A stretch of 64,000 nt of DNA from assembly GCA_943704425.1 (NCBI GenBank), contig CALSCP010001735.1:62199-126198 (forward strand), in the 5' to 3' direction. Numbering within the stretch: the first letter of the stretch is position 1; each line of letters begins with the position of its first letter. This DNA is from Ministeria vibrans ATCC 50519. Lineage: Eukaryota > Protista > Filasterea. Under the pieces are notes generated by a model that saw only the letters and a list, made by a program, of their open reading frames with translations, did no database searches and was not told where the DNA came from. Position numbers and translations under genes: made by a program. This document shows positions 12,162 to 24,700 of this stretch, one piece after another.

Positions 12162-13843
12162 ATGCGTTCCGCCGTTGCCCTTGTACTCGTTCTTGCCTCT
12201 GTGGCCCTTGCCTTGGGTACTTTCCCGTCCTCCCGCCTCTCCCCCTCCTGCCTGTATTCATGTTGCTTTGATGTCTGGATGTGCAGGTCAGAGTGCCGAA
12301 GAGAAGATTAGCGCCTGGTCCAAATTCAAGAATTGTCAGGTTCGAAATATGCGACACAGTGACGAACTCGCCTCATTCCTTGCCTGCTTCATTTTAGGAG
12401 TGCACGGCAGCCGGCAATGGCTGGTGTCCCCTCGCGCGACGCTGTGGCGGCTTTGCAAACCAGCGATGTCGGTAAGGAACGCCAATCGGCGGACGCTGAC
12501 GTAAGGCTGACGACGAATTTTCTCGATAGCGGTGATCACACAGACTTTCCGCGAAACGACGAGGAGAACAAGGTGTGTAGGTGTATGAGTGTGCAGCATC
12601 AGTCGCAGAGTGTACATGGGGCTGACATGATGGCGCGTTGATCCCGTAGGAATTCGAAGCACAGCGAGCGGCCGCCGAGCTGGTCAAGCAGCCCTTTCCC
12701 TTTGGTGCTCCCGTCGAGTTCAATCGGACTTCTCAACAGCGTCTTGTGAACCACCGATCGAGTCCGCAAGTCTTGGTCATGATGGACTCAACAGTACGAG
12801 CATTGGTATTTTGGTGAGAAGAGTGCCACTCATGTTGCGTGTTTTCGTTTCAGGACCAGTACACTGACTCGCAGTTGGCACCTGTCCTTGACCAAGCAGC
12901 ATCAATGGTGGGCGCTCGCGCTCTCATTGTGAAAATGCCCATAACCAGTGCCAATGAAGGCATTCTCCCGCGCTTCCTTGTCGACCGTGCCAGCACCCCT
13001 CTGCCTGTCATTCGCATCGCAAGTTTCATGCGAAACAGACTCGAGGCCTTTGGCTTCATCCTACGCGACCCGGATCAGGTCACCCTCGAATACATCACAA
13101 CGCTCGTAGACTGGTACCTCTCTTCCCAGCAAAAAGAAATCAAATCATATCATGGCTCACTCATATCATTTCCAACTGCTCAGCTTCCATGCGGGGACTG
13201 CGCCGCGTCTGCTGCGCTCACAGTCGCCTCCACCACCCCCACCGGCTCGCTACGACGGTGCTGCCATCCACCACCTCAGCGGCAATCTCTTTGAAGTGTT
13301 TGTCTTGAACCCGTCGTAAGACCAACAGAAGCATTCCACACACACACACACATACACATATTATACCTGCATGCATTCCCACATATACGCACGTACACCG
13401 ACGCACACACGCTCAATCTGTGTTCTTGGTTGTGTATAGGAAGCACGTGATGGTGACGCTGTCCATGCCTGGATGCAGACCGTGCCAGGACATGAAGAAG
13501 GATTATGAGCAACTGGCTCTTGACGTCGCATATGACTCTCTTGTAAGTACAGCACATTCGTCTCGACTTCCACTCACGGGTTTCTGCATTGCAGCTCAAG
13601 ACACGCCCCATTGTGCTTGCGACCGTCAATGCAGGCAGCAACGACGTGTACCTGCCGCAGATGCCGCAAGAAGGCTACCCCTCCATCTGGCTGTTCCCCA
13701 TTGGCGCCAAGGACGCCCCCATCGCGTACACCAGTCGCAGCCGTTCTACGCGCGACATGATGCGCTGGCTCGTCGAGCACACAGCCCCTTCCAACGCCAT
13801 CGCAGCTGAGCCTGACTCCGATTCCCATCGTTCCGACTTGTGA
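12162..13843 (+). CDS. Protein disulfide-isomerase-like ER thioredoxin-domain protein, multi-exon
   Basis: Signal peptide; CxxC (PGCRPC); VLATVNAGSND..QEGYPSIWLFP..PIAY..R thioredoxin motifs; C-terminal RSDL retention-like signal. Confidence 0.75.
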
Positions 13844-13893
13844 TTACATTTATTCCTCCATACGAATTATTCTATACGTCTTTATACGATGCT

Positions 13894-15131
13894 CTACAAA
13901 TTGTTCAGGCGCATGCGTGCGCGCTTGTACACCGCCTCCTTGTACGACTGCGCGTCCACGTCCAGTAGCGCATCCTCCTTGGCTGCTGACCCTAGCCCCG
14001 CCCCCTGCACATACCGCTCTGCCTAATGGTACAGCATGAGGATGCACGTGTGTGTGTGTGGGGTCAGTCGGAGAGACAGGCAGATCGAGTGCCAGTGCAT
14101 CTATCAATCTATCTACAAACCTGCACGGGTGCGCGAATACCGTCGCTCTGTGCGCCCAGCCCTTCGCCTTTGTTCCAGCCCATCTTCTGTAGCATACGAT
14201 TGCCCACATTGCGTTCGTCAATCTCGGTTGTGCTCGACGCCCGCTCAGTCACCACAGGAGCAGTCTCTACAACCAACCAACAACAACAACACCAGCAACA
14301 ACAACAGATCAATAATTTCAATAATTTCATTGTTCGACTAGAAGACACGTACCTTTACTCTTGCGCTTGACACCTGCACTGGCACTCCGTCGTGGTGCCT
14401 GCGGTTCGCCCGTCTCCAGACGCCGCTCAGCCGCCCGGTCGCGATAGCCCGACGCGAGGACGCCCAGTGACTGGTCGCGCGCCCCCAGTGCTTCTCGCTC
14501 CACCTGGTCCCGCTCCACGTTGCTCAAGTGCAGCTGTGACTCGCGTGTATGACGCTCCAGCACCTCTACACTCTTAAACTTGCGCTTGCATAGCAGACAC
14601 GCCAGCTTCTCCCGGTCAATGTACACCTCGGTGTTGTCTTCTTCAGCACATGCCAGCATCTCCTTCTCCTTGTCACCCTCGTCCAGCGGTGGTATGCCCA
14701 CCCCCGTCTGCTCTACCTCACTGCCACTGCCTCCGCCCAGGTCAGTCTGCGCCGTCTCCCGCAGCATTTCCAAGTGCTTCGCCTGGGCCTGCGCCTCCTC
14801 GTGCTGCGCCTCGGCGATCTTCTTTTGCTGCGTCTCCCATCGCTTGAGATCTGCCGCTGCCTTTTTCGCCTGCAGCGATACCCGCTCCTTAAGTGCACGT
14901 GCTTGTTCACGCTCGCGTTCCATCTCCTTCTTGCTCGCACTCTGCGTCGCACTGCCATCGTTTGTCGCTGGGGCACTGGTCTCTACCACATACGTGTTGG
15001 TGGTTCGATCAAGGCGATAGGTGACGCCTTCCTTATAGTAGGCACCCGTGGCACTGTTGTAGTAGAAGCCCGAGGTAGCGTCATAGTAGTAGCCGGTGGT
15101 AGGGTCGTACACAAACGACGACTGCTGCTGC

Positions 15132-15167
<36 letters not shown>

Positions 15168-15994
15168 GATGGAGCGTACTGTTGGGAAAGTGCACAGGCT
15201 GCGGCTGCGGCCTCAGGCATGGCACGGTAGGGTCGCGATGGGCCTCCGCGATGCCTCGCCTGGTGGGGGTGTTCGTCACCGTAGAACTCGTCGTCGTAGT
15301 CTCGATCGAGCTCACGGTCGCGTGGACGCTCTGCGTTCCATCTGCCATTCGATTCGTACTGCGATCGGCCAGTGGCGGAGGACGAAGACGACGCATAAGA
15401 CGTTGTCGTAGTTGTCGATGAGCTCGTGGTGGAGTTGGTGGGATTTGCAGAGGAGGAAATGGAGGAGGACGTCGACCAAAACGGCCAGAGACGAGCATAG
15501 CCAGTCTCGACAGGAACGTCGTCCACTAGGCGGGGCGTAGACGTGCTCGCTGCGAGTGCTGTAGTCGCCTGAGCCTCGGAGGAAAACTTCAAAAACCCAT
15601 AGCCCATTGAGGTGGTGCCGTCGGTGGTGCTGCGTACAACTATGGCGTCGGTAGCGGAGGGAAACGCGCGACGCAATCGTCGCGAAGATGTTTCCGGCGA
15701 CAGTTTGAGAACGCACAGGCACCGCACGGGCTTTGCCGTCACATGGTACGTTCGTAACTCTGCCGTGTCCCGACAGCCAAGCATGAACAAATCAACGCCG
15801 CAGTCAATGCAGCTGCGACGCCCAAAGTTACGCGCAAAGCAAATGATGCACTTCCATTCGTCGTCATGGCGCATCGTCTGCTGCTGCTGCTCCTGCTGCT
15901 GCTTCTGCTGCGACTGGTCCATCAGTGCTACCTGTTCAGCGGCAATCGCAGCAATGTCTTGATCTCTCCATCCTTCCTTCTCGTCCGTTCGCAT
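13894..15994 (-). CDS. RBM5: RBM5/RBM10-like splicing regulator
   Basis: RanBP2-type zinc finger (WKCIICFARNFGRRSCIDC), RRM (MGYGFLKF), OCRE repeats (FVYDPTTGYYYDATSGFYYN), C2H2 (CLLCKRKF..H...SQLH), G-patch (NVGNRMLQKMGWNKGEGLG). Confidence 0.88.
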
Positions 15995-16074
15995 AGCGTT
16001 TGAGAAAATTACTAATAAAAATTAATTAATAATATTATTTTTTCATTTATTCTTTTCTTTCAAGTTTCATCGGA

Positions 16075-16748
16075 ATGGCTACGCTGGGCAAACACTTGTT
16101 CGACTCGCTTCAGGGAGACTTGCGCACCCTGAGCGCCGAGAGTAAGCTCAAGAAAGCGTCGGGAAGCGAAGTCAGAGACTCCGCCGGTAAGCTGTTGATG
16201 TGTGACCTTGGATAGCTTGTCGCAATCCAGTGCCACGCGTCCACGCCCCTCCATCCTCTTGTTTTCCTTTCTGTCTCTTTCATTTGTGTCGTTTTAATTT
16301 TTGTTTCGTTGCACTTTCCCGTCAAGAAAAATCCCCTTTCTCCTTCCTCTACTGTCGTTCTCTGCGCCATAGCGCCACGCACGGGAGGCTCATCTGTTCA
16401 TTGCTAACCATCTGCCGTCCGTTGCCCTTCTCTTCTTGTGTCTTCTTGTGTCTTCTTCTGTGTTTTTGATTGTCATCTCTCGCAGAACGAGCGCTCTTGC
16501 GAGTTCTTCAAGCACGCAACGAATCCGCTCAATCTGCTGGCGCCATTTCGCACGGGGATGCTCTCTCACGCGGTGGTGATGTTCTCGAGCCGTTTCTACT
16601 GGCCTGCGACACGCGCAACGCAAAACTCGCTCAGCTTGCAGCCGAGGGTATCTACAAACTGGTGCGCCACGACTGTGTGCGCTCTCTCGAGCAAGTGGAC
16701 CGTGTCCTGGCGCGCCTCAATGTCCTTGTTGAACAGTCTCTTGAGGAG
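16075..16748 (+). CDS. MON2: MON2 N-terminal exons 1-2 (DCB domain); continues at 35051
   Basis: MATLGKHLFDSLQGDLRTLSAESK (16075-16186) and VLEPFLLACDTRNAKLAQLA...EQSLEE (16486-16748) match the MON2 N-terminus; phase-0 donor at 16749. Confidence 0.88.
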
Positions 16749-16785
16749 GTACCCGTCTCGTTGGTCGTGCACCTCAATCGCATCT

Positions 16786-16786
<1 letters not shown>

Positions 16787-16852
<66 letters not shown>
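16787..16852. repeat. (CA)n microsatellite ending at N gap 16853-16859
   Basis: Read directly from the sequence. Confidence 0.98.
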
Positions 16853-16859
16853 NNNNNNN

Positions 16860-18350
16860 ACACGCCACACTAACAAACACAAGAGCAAACAAACAAACAC
16901 AACGTGCTCAGCAGGCACTCAAAGCCACAAAGACTCATGTCAAAGCTTAAATGACTGAACCGCACCATCCAAACTCAAACTTCATCCATTGCAACCAAGA
17001 ACACCCAACCAAACGCCACCACCATCGCCTTGGCCAGCCAAAACTGCCAATACCATGCCAGCATCCACCGCCACAGACCCACCGTCCGACATTAGCAACA
17101 AACTCAGACTCTATCTGCCGCAACAGAAAATCTTCGTTTGGCCCACATCTCATACCACGTCACCATGTCTTTCACAACATTTGACGCCATCTTCTTCAGA
17201 CGAACACGCTCACTCTCACTGAAACGCTCCAGCACCGCTTGTGGCCACATTCCTGACACAAGAACCGATGGACGCATCACTTGAAACGGCACAAGCCACA
17301 GTGCAACCTGCGCGCTCGCACCATCCTGTGACGCATCCTTCAACCATTCTTGAAAGCCTGCCTGTAGTACGCCCAGGGCGCGCTCTATACCACTAACCCC
17401 AGATGCAGTGCACGCAAACATGTGGTCAACCCTAACCCTAACCCTAACCCTAACCCTAACCGAGACATGAACTTTACGATTGTATTCAGACGTTTAACAC
17501 ATACTCAAGCAGCTTATGGGGCCCACTCGGAATAACCCTAACCCTAACCCTAACCCTAACCCTAGAGACCTCAAAGGGAATCTCCATTACCCCCTCCACT
17601 GCACCATCACGCACGCTCCACCGACTGGCACCCCACGCACGATTGTGGAACACTTCGGGCACCAACATCCGTTGCTGGCGAGGCACCAGCACCCCCGCTG
17701 TGGCCATACGCCCGCTCAAATCAAACGACGCGTCCGTCACCATCAGGATCACACCGTCACCATTGTCAAACCCTAACCCTAACCCTAACCCTAAGAACGA
17801 CATCCGCGCGCTCCACTCGACGGCCCCGGCCATCGCAACCCAAGCGAATGTACACGCCACTGATTGGCGTCGACCCTAGTAAAGCACACCAGTCCCAACG
17901 CATGGCCAGGTCTGCCAATTAGTAACCCTAACCCTAACCGAGACATGAACTTTACGGTTGTATTCAGACGTTTAACAGATACTCAAGCAGCTTATGGGGT
18001 CCACTCAGAATACATCGCGATCCTCAACACACACATCAAACACAAACACACACAAGAGGATATTACAAGCAACACCAAAGAACAAATTTAATTTCAAGAC
18101 AACACACTTAATATCAAAAACAAACAATCACGAACATTAAGAGAACAACACAGTCACACACAAAGCAATTAAAAGCGCCACAATAACAAACACAAGACCA
18201 ATCAAACAAACACAACGTGCTCAGCAGGTGTCCAAAGCCACAAAGACTCAGGTCAAAGCTCAAATGACTGAACCGCACTATCCAAACTCAACCTTCATCC
18301 AATGCAACCAAGAACACCCAACCAAACGCCTCTAACCCTAACCCTAACCC
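16860..18350 (+). repeat. Subtelomeric mosaic: five short (CCCTAA)n arrays with duplicated spacer blocks
   Basis: Arrays at ~17428-17461, 17533-17564, 17769-17794, 17923-17939 and 18332-18350; ~155-bp direct repeat 16863-17017/18176-18330; ~73-bp direct repeat 17462-17534/17940-18012; strongly C/A-rich top strand. Confidence 0.92.
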
Positions 18351-18778
18351 GGTCGTATCTTGGCTCGTTAGGAATGGCTGACTGACGATAATGTTTCAGT
18401 GGTAGACGTATTTCTCTGTCGCAGGTGTTCTTCTTGCGAGGATGAGGATGAATCGGATGACTAGTTTGTCTTGTGGGACACGGAGTGTTGGCCAGCCGTT
18501 TAACAGTACTTGTTATCATGTCGTTAGTATTGTACTTACAAGAAGACACGTAATACGGGAAAGCGGAAAAGTACATATTTGACACCTTGTAACATACGAT
18601 CTTTTTTCATTTGCACGTACGTCGTTGACATCCTTACAGCGTACAAGTGACTATGTGTTTTGTTCTGGTGTGCACGAGTCAAAAGACGTCAGTCGTCATG
18701 AATCTCACACTACCCCACCACACACAATGTCTGGATCATGTCCATCTTTCTTATTGTACATATATTTTACTAAACGTT

Positions 18779-21700
18779 TCAACGGTGCTTTCTTCTCGAC
18801 CCCCAGATTGACTTGTCCTTCTTTCGTCGAAAAAAAGGGCGTCGATCAAGAAACTGCTGAGATGGACAGAAAAGGTCGCTGAGCATACCATTGCCAACGC
18901 CATCTTCTTCCTCGTCTTCTTCATCTTCATCGTCATCTTCTTCCTCGTCGTCATCCTCATCATCATCTTCCTCGTCTTCGTCTTTCTCCTCATCATCTTC
19001 TTCGCTCTCCTCCTCACTCATCGCACCATGTTCAAGCAGTCGTGCGAGACCACCAACACCAAATCGCGGAGGAAACCATACCGCTTTGTCCTCTTCCTCT
19101 TCCACCTCAACCACGCGCCGAATACGAATCGCTTTCCTGCGCTTATACTTCTCCAACAATCCATCACAGTCCGTCACGAGCTTCTCCAGCCTCCCATCAA
19201 GCGCTTCTTCCCTCTGCGTAAAGTACTTCTGCAGCGCCTTGATGTGATTGCTCGTCTCGCGCTCCTCCTCTTGCATCACGTGCTCGCCCTGTCCCGCTCG
19301 TGTTCGCGGCGCCTGTTTCTCCCGCCTCAGATATTTGACCACTCTCTGCAGTCGCTCAGTGGGTGTCAAGGGCTTCTTCTTTGGCTCACTTGTCGCTTTC
19401 TTTGTCGATGCCTTCGCTTTGGCGGGCTCTGGCACAGTCGATTTCAGTAACACGCTCGACGTGGGCTGTGTCCTGCCCATCCGCAAGAATGCAGCATGTG
19501 CCAGTGCCGCATTCTGATTGCCAAAACGTCTGTGAATCACTCCGGATGGGGACACGACAGTTGATGCAAGCGAAGAGCGCGGTACAGACTCAGTCACAAG
19601 GCGGCTTGCGTGAGGGACGGCGGGCGCTCGTGTCGCTGCTGAGGCAGCAGAGTTTGGAGGCCACGGAATAGACTGAGTGTCGAGATGACTCAGATGAGCA
19701 ACCGACGTCGGTCGTGCAGTGACTGCGGAGGAAGTAGAGGCCAACGACTGAGGGGCAGAGTGTGCTTGTGCTCGTGTAAAGTCAGAGGCGGCTGACGCAG
19801 TCGACACTGGAGGTCGCAGCGTAGACTGAATGACAAGACTCGGATGAGTGATAGATGTGGGTCGTGGGGTGGCTGCAGAGGCAGCAGTGACCGGCCATTG
19901 TGGAGCAGAGTGCGCCTGTGCTAGTGTGGAGGCAGTTGCGGCTGACGCAGCCAAGACTGGCACTACGGGCGGAGCCAGTCGGCTCGCAGGCGCAACTGTG
20001 ACCGGTCGTGTCGCAGCTGCCTTGACGCCTGTCGATGTCTTGGCGGGTTTGGACGGAGGCGTTGTGCTGGCTAAACTCGTTGTCGCTGTCACTGTCGTCA
20101 CTGGCACGGCGGCGACGCGCGCTCGTTTCGTCCGCTCCTTTTCCTTTCCCTGTCCATCGCTACTCCCAGACGGCCGTTTTTTTGTGCCCACCGTCTGCGA
20201 CACCATCACCACATCGCCATCGGCATCTTGCAAATCGTCCACCACCTCAATCACATCGTCTTCCTCAAGGTCCACCATCACAAATCGCAGTCCCCGTCCA
20301 ATGCGCCACCACACCACGCGCGGCACTCCACGCATCCCCAACACTCCCGCATAGTACGGTGTCACATCGTCCACGGTCCAACTGCAGTCGCGCAGTGCCG
20401 CTGCATTGATCACCACACGTGTCACACGGTTTGCATAGCACGCGCGGGTGCACGCCATCGTGCGGTACACACTCGCCAAATCCAGTGTGTTTACGGGTCG
20501 TAGAAACAGCGCCCACTGTGGCATGTTTGTAAGCGCGGCCATGTCCACCTGCGCCTGCGTGGGTACACGCTCGGCCAGTGACCAGTGTGTCAGATCGACA
20601 AATGGCACACCACACCGCTCGATAATCTCCACCAGCTGTGTTCGGTCCAGTGTCGCATCGGGCACACCGCTCTTGAGTGCACGCATCTCATCTGGAGACG
20701 GGGCATTTTCCATGCGCAAACCGCGTACCAGGGCGCCTCCTCGCCGCTGCAGCTTCACCTGCACAAACGCCTGGTACTTAAGCACCGCGAGTCCCGCTCG
20801 CTCGCAGTCCGCTGCAAATTTCAAATCCTCGCGAAAGGGCCACGGGCGAAACCAGACATTGCGCGCGACACACGCACTCACATGCACCAGTACAAGGCTG
20901 TACACGTAGGTGCGTCGAAAGGATGAGGTCGCCACATGATGCCCGTTCTGTCGGAAGATCCCCAACATGCCATAGCGCTCGGCCTTGCCCGCTCGCTCAG
21001 GCACAGTCATGTTGAAGGTCGACTCGTAGCGATAGGGCACATCGGGCTCCTCGCCCAGCAGCTGACGCTCCAGATGCGCAAGCACGTCAAAGAAGCTGAC
21101 AGGTTCCACAGCGAGCACAGGTGAGTGGGGTGAAATGCGGTCGCCCGTCACCGCCGCCAAATGGTCAATATTGTCGTCGCACAGAAACATCGTCTTGAGA
21201 CTAAAATAGTGCGCCACTCGCTGGCACACAAGTCGCGCATATCCAACGCCACGCGACACATCGCACAATCCCGTCTCGTGCTCAACTGTTTCCGGCAATT
21301 GCAACACAAGCGCCACATGTCCAACTCGCGCCACAAACCCCTGATACTGCTCCGCGCGCACCACCACCACCCGCACAATGGCCGTCTCGTCAACACCCAA
21401 AGCGCGACTCCAGTCGTGTCGCCCGTCCAACCGCACTGACGGTACAAACACCCACGAGCGCAACAGCCGAGAATTAGATTGTCGTCCCACACCAACGACA
21501 CGACCCTGTTCCAACTCAAACACGTCCTCAAATGCCTTCGGTATCCACAGTGGACTCTGAAATCCCTCGACCTCGAGCACCTGATGTTTCCCCTCCACTG
21601 GCCCTCGCACCACAGCGGCTGCCGTGCGAAAGCGATATAGCTCCTCCGACTCACGTACAGAGAGCTCTGTCAAGGGCACAACCTTTGGCGGGAGCGCAAC

Positions 21701-24700
21701 TGTGACATTTTGACCGGAAAATCTCTCGAGTTGCGTCGGCGAAAAGACAAAGTCGGGTGTGAATGGCTCGCTCAGAATGCCGTCGTATTTGCTTGCCGAC
21801 ACAGACCAGTCGAAGCGCTCCCGGTCAAGGACTGTGCTGGCTATTGGAAAGAACCAGTCGTCGCGCACAAATGACACACCGGGACTGAGCGTGATCCGCG
21901 GCGCAATCACAGCACATCGTTCGCACTCACGTTGGGCTGTCACACCGTCCGTCGCCGCTTCACCCTCCACCTCGCTCTTGAGCTGCACCAGTAACGACGC
22001 ATATGTGCCTGTCTTTCCAATTTGTGGCGCAGCCTGCAACACCAGTCGTCGCGTGTGCACTTCGCCCGCTGCATTCTGACCGTCGTAGCTCTTGTTACCA
22101 CGCACCGGCTCAAAGTGGCTCCACATGTGTGTGGTAGTGTCCACTCTTTGACCTGCAATGCGTGTCATGGTCGTGTCGGGACTGCTGATGATCGCCTCAA
22201 ACGACGCGGCCCTGTCGCGCTTCCTGTGACAGGGACCAAAAAGTCCATTGCCCACCAGAAGCGACGCATTGGGTGTGGACGAGGGTGCATAGCGACAGAC
22301 ACGACCGAGATCCTGAACAACTGACGAGAGCGAGCTGGGCGTAGCAGAGTAGCGCGAACGCAAGTCCATAGTGGAGAGAGACACCGGAAAGGTGTCGCCA
22401 AGACGGCCCTTTTCGACCACCAGAAGCAGTGTGGGAATGCCCTGCAGGTGCGAGTATTCGCGGATTGGCCGATGCACATGACCACAGTCGGTGCAGGTCA
22501 CATGAAAGGTCGACGGTAATTGCGGTGTGGCACACTGATCACACGTGTCGCACGCGCGTCCACACTGCAGCCGATGGTTCCAGTAGTTGCATGCCATGTT
22601 GCGCCCTTCCTCACGGCGGAACATGGTGTCCAGACTCATTCCGCCAAAGTCACATAGCAGAAGAAAGCGTCGCTGCCAGCCCACCAGATCACGAGCCTTG
22701 CGCACCATTTGCCACATTTGCTTGCCCATGGGAATGTCTTCCACGCGCACGAGGGCCATTTTTCCATGCTCAATGGTCAGATCCGCCACAACCCGCTCCG
22801 TCTCGAGTCGCGTGTCAAAGCGCCAAAAGGACTCGGTGAGTCGCGGTCTCTCACGCAGCCAGCTCCAGAGTAAGTCTATCGCGTTGGCGACAGTGTCGAA
22901 GTCCTCGAGGGCAAAGCAATGTTTGACAAGCTGCATGCGAGTCGCGTGGGAGTCGCTCTCTGCGAGGTGCGTGGCATAGTGGCGCGGAAAGAGGCGAATG
23001 AGTGAGCGAATGCTGTCTGGCACAGAGTCAACAAGTGTTGACCAAATCTTGCGCATCGCATTGTGACATCCAAACCAAAAATCACGACAATCTTGAAGAA
23101 TGGTCTGCCCAAAGGCCAATGAGAGGTCTGGGTAAAAGTCGATACGGGATTCGAGCACGGAATTGACCACGACAGAGAGAGCATAGTCACACATGTGGGC
23201 CTGCATGCTCTTGGACTTGCCTGTAGCGTGGCTGGCGAGGCGCGTGAGAAGCGGGTCGGTGCGGAAGAGACGGCGGTGGGGCTCGGGATAGCGCATGGAG
23301 TTGAGGTAGAATGTGAGCGAGCGGTAGAGGGGTGTGTTGGGCGACACGGGCGCGTCGTCAATAAAAAAGTGCTCGCTCAGACGATTGCGCGACCGATCAT
23401 GTGTGAGGTGCAGTCGAGCGGGCACAGTGTCGTCTGCAGTGACACTGAAAAACAGAGAGCCAGCACTGAGCGAGACCATGCCGTAGCCCGGCACGCGATG
23501 GACCGTAAAAAGGTGGTCGGGGCGGGCGGTCAGCGCGGCAGTGAGCTGCGAGATTCTCAGTGAGTGTGTGTCGCTGTGTGACTGGAGAACACGATCCGGA
23601 GTGCCGTTCTGGTCGCAGGCAAAGAGCATCACACGAGTATGGTCGGAACTGGCATCACTAGGGAGTGTCACAAACAGCCACGCATGTTCCCAGTCAAAGG
23701 TGCCTCCCATCGGCTCAGTCTCGTCCACACAGACGACGCTGTCGGCGCGTGGACTCACAACGAGCACAGCATCCGACTTGAAGTGGCGCAGGACAATGCG
23801 ACGAGCCACATTTCGAATGCGCTGTTGCAAGTCGGCCAGACAAGTGGTAGCGTGCAGGGTGAGCGGGTGAAAGGCCAAAAGTGAGTCGGACCAGTCCACA
23901 ATGTTGGCGGGCAAGACACGCGAGCGACAGGTCAGCACGGCGTAGGGAGTCGCCGACACGAGCAGGACAATGACGTTCTCTTGGTCCAGCAGGGAATTGA
24001 CGAAACAATGATTGGCACCTTCGTTTTTTATGCCCCAGTGACACTCGTCAGCAATGAGGACAAAGAGCGTTCGGGGCGACGCTTTTGCCTCGAGCTGTTT
24101 CATTTTGGGGTTATTGCTTGTGTCGTAGCGATGTATGATGTCGTGCGGTGTGAGGCGTGCCTTGCGCAGACGATCGTTTGTCTGCTGCTCCAACGTGAGA
24201 TAGTTGGCGGTGCCAACGCGAAAGCTGATCTTGTTGAAGCGCGCGAGGGAGCCGCCGTAGAAGCTGCGGATGCGCGTCAAAAGAACGCCCGCGAGATCGC
24301 GCTGTGCCGGAAAGATCCCCAGATGATCCGCACCGGGAGGTTCGGGGACATCAGGCAGTGGTGCAGAGTCACTTTCGTCGACATGGTCGAGGTCAATAAG
24401 GTCCAGCTCGAGCGTGTCTTGCGTAGCGCGCTTTGAAGACTCTCGAACATCGACGACGGCGCTGTCATCGGGCTCTTCGTTACCCAGCTCGATCTCACGG
24501 TAGAGAGATTCGGACACTGGGATTTTGTAGCCAATCAGAGTGCCCTCGTGGTATATGTCTGTGTCAGAACAGTTGCGGTGCAAGGGCGCTAGGTGATCGG
24601 GCGACAGCACGCAGTGATATCGCATTCCCAGTTCCAGTTTCTCCAATAAGTCGCTCAGAGTCAAAGGGACCCTCCGCAACAGGGGGAAAAGACCGCGGAC

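Noticed and set aside
17565-17768. Open frame between telomeric arrays as a retroelement RT/endonuclease fragment
   Set aside because: No recognisable RT, APE or GIY-YIG motif, and too short to call.
17428-18350. Repeat-spacer pattern resembling a CRISPR array
   Set aside because: The repeats are variable-length telomeric hexamers, spacers are irregular, there are no cas genes and the context is eukaryotic.
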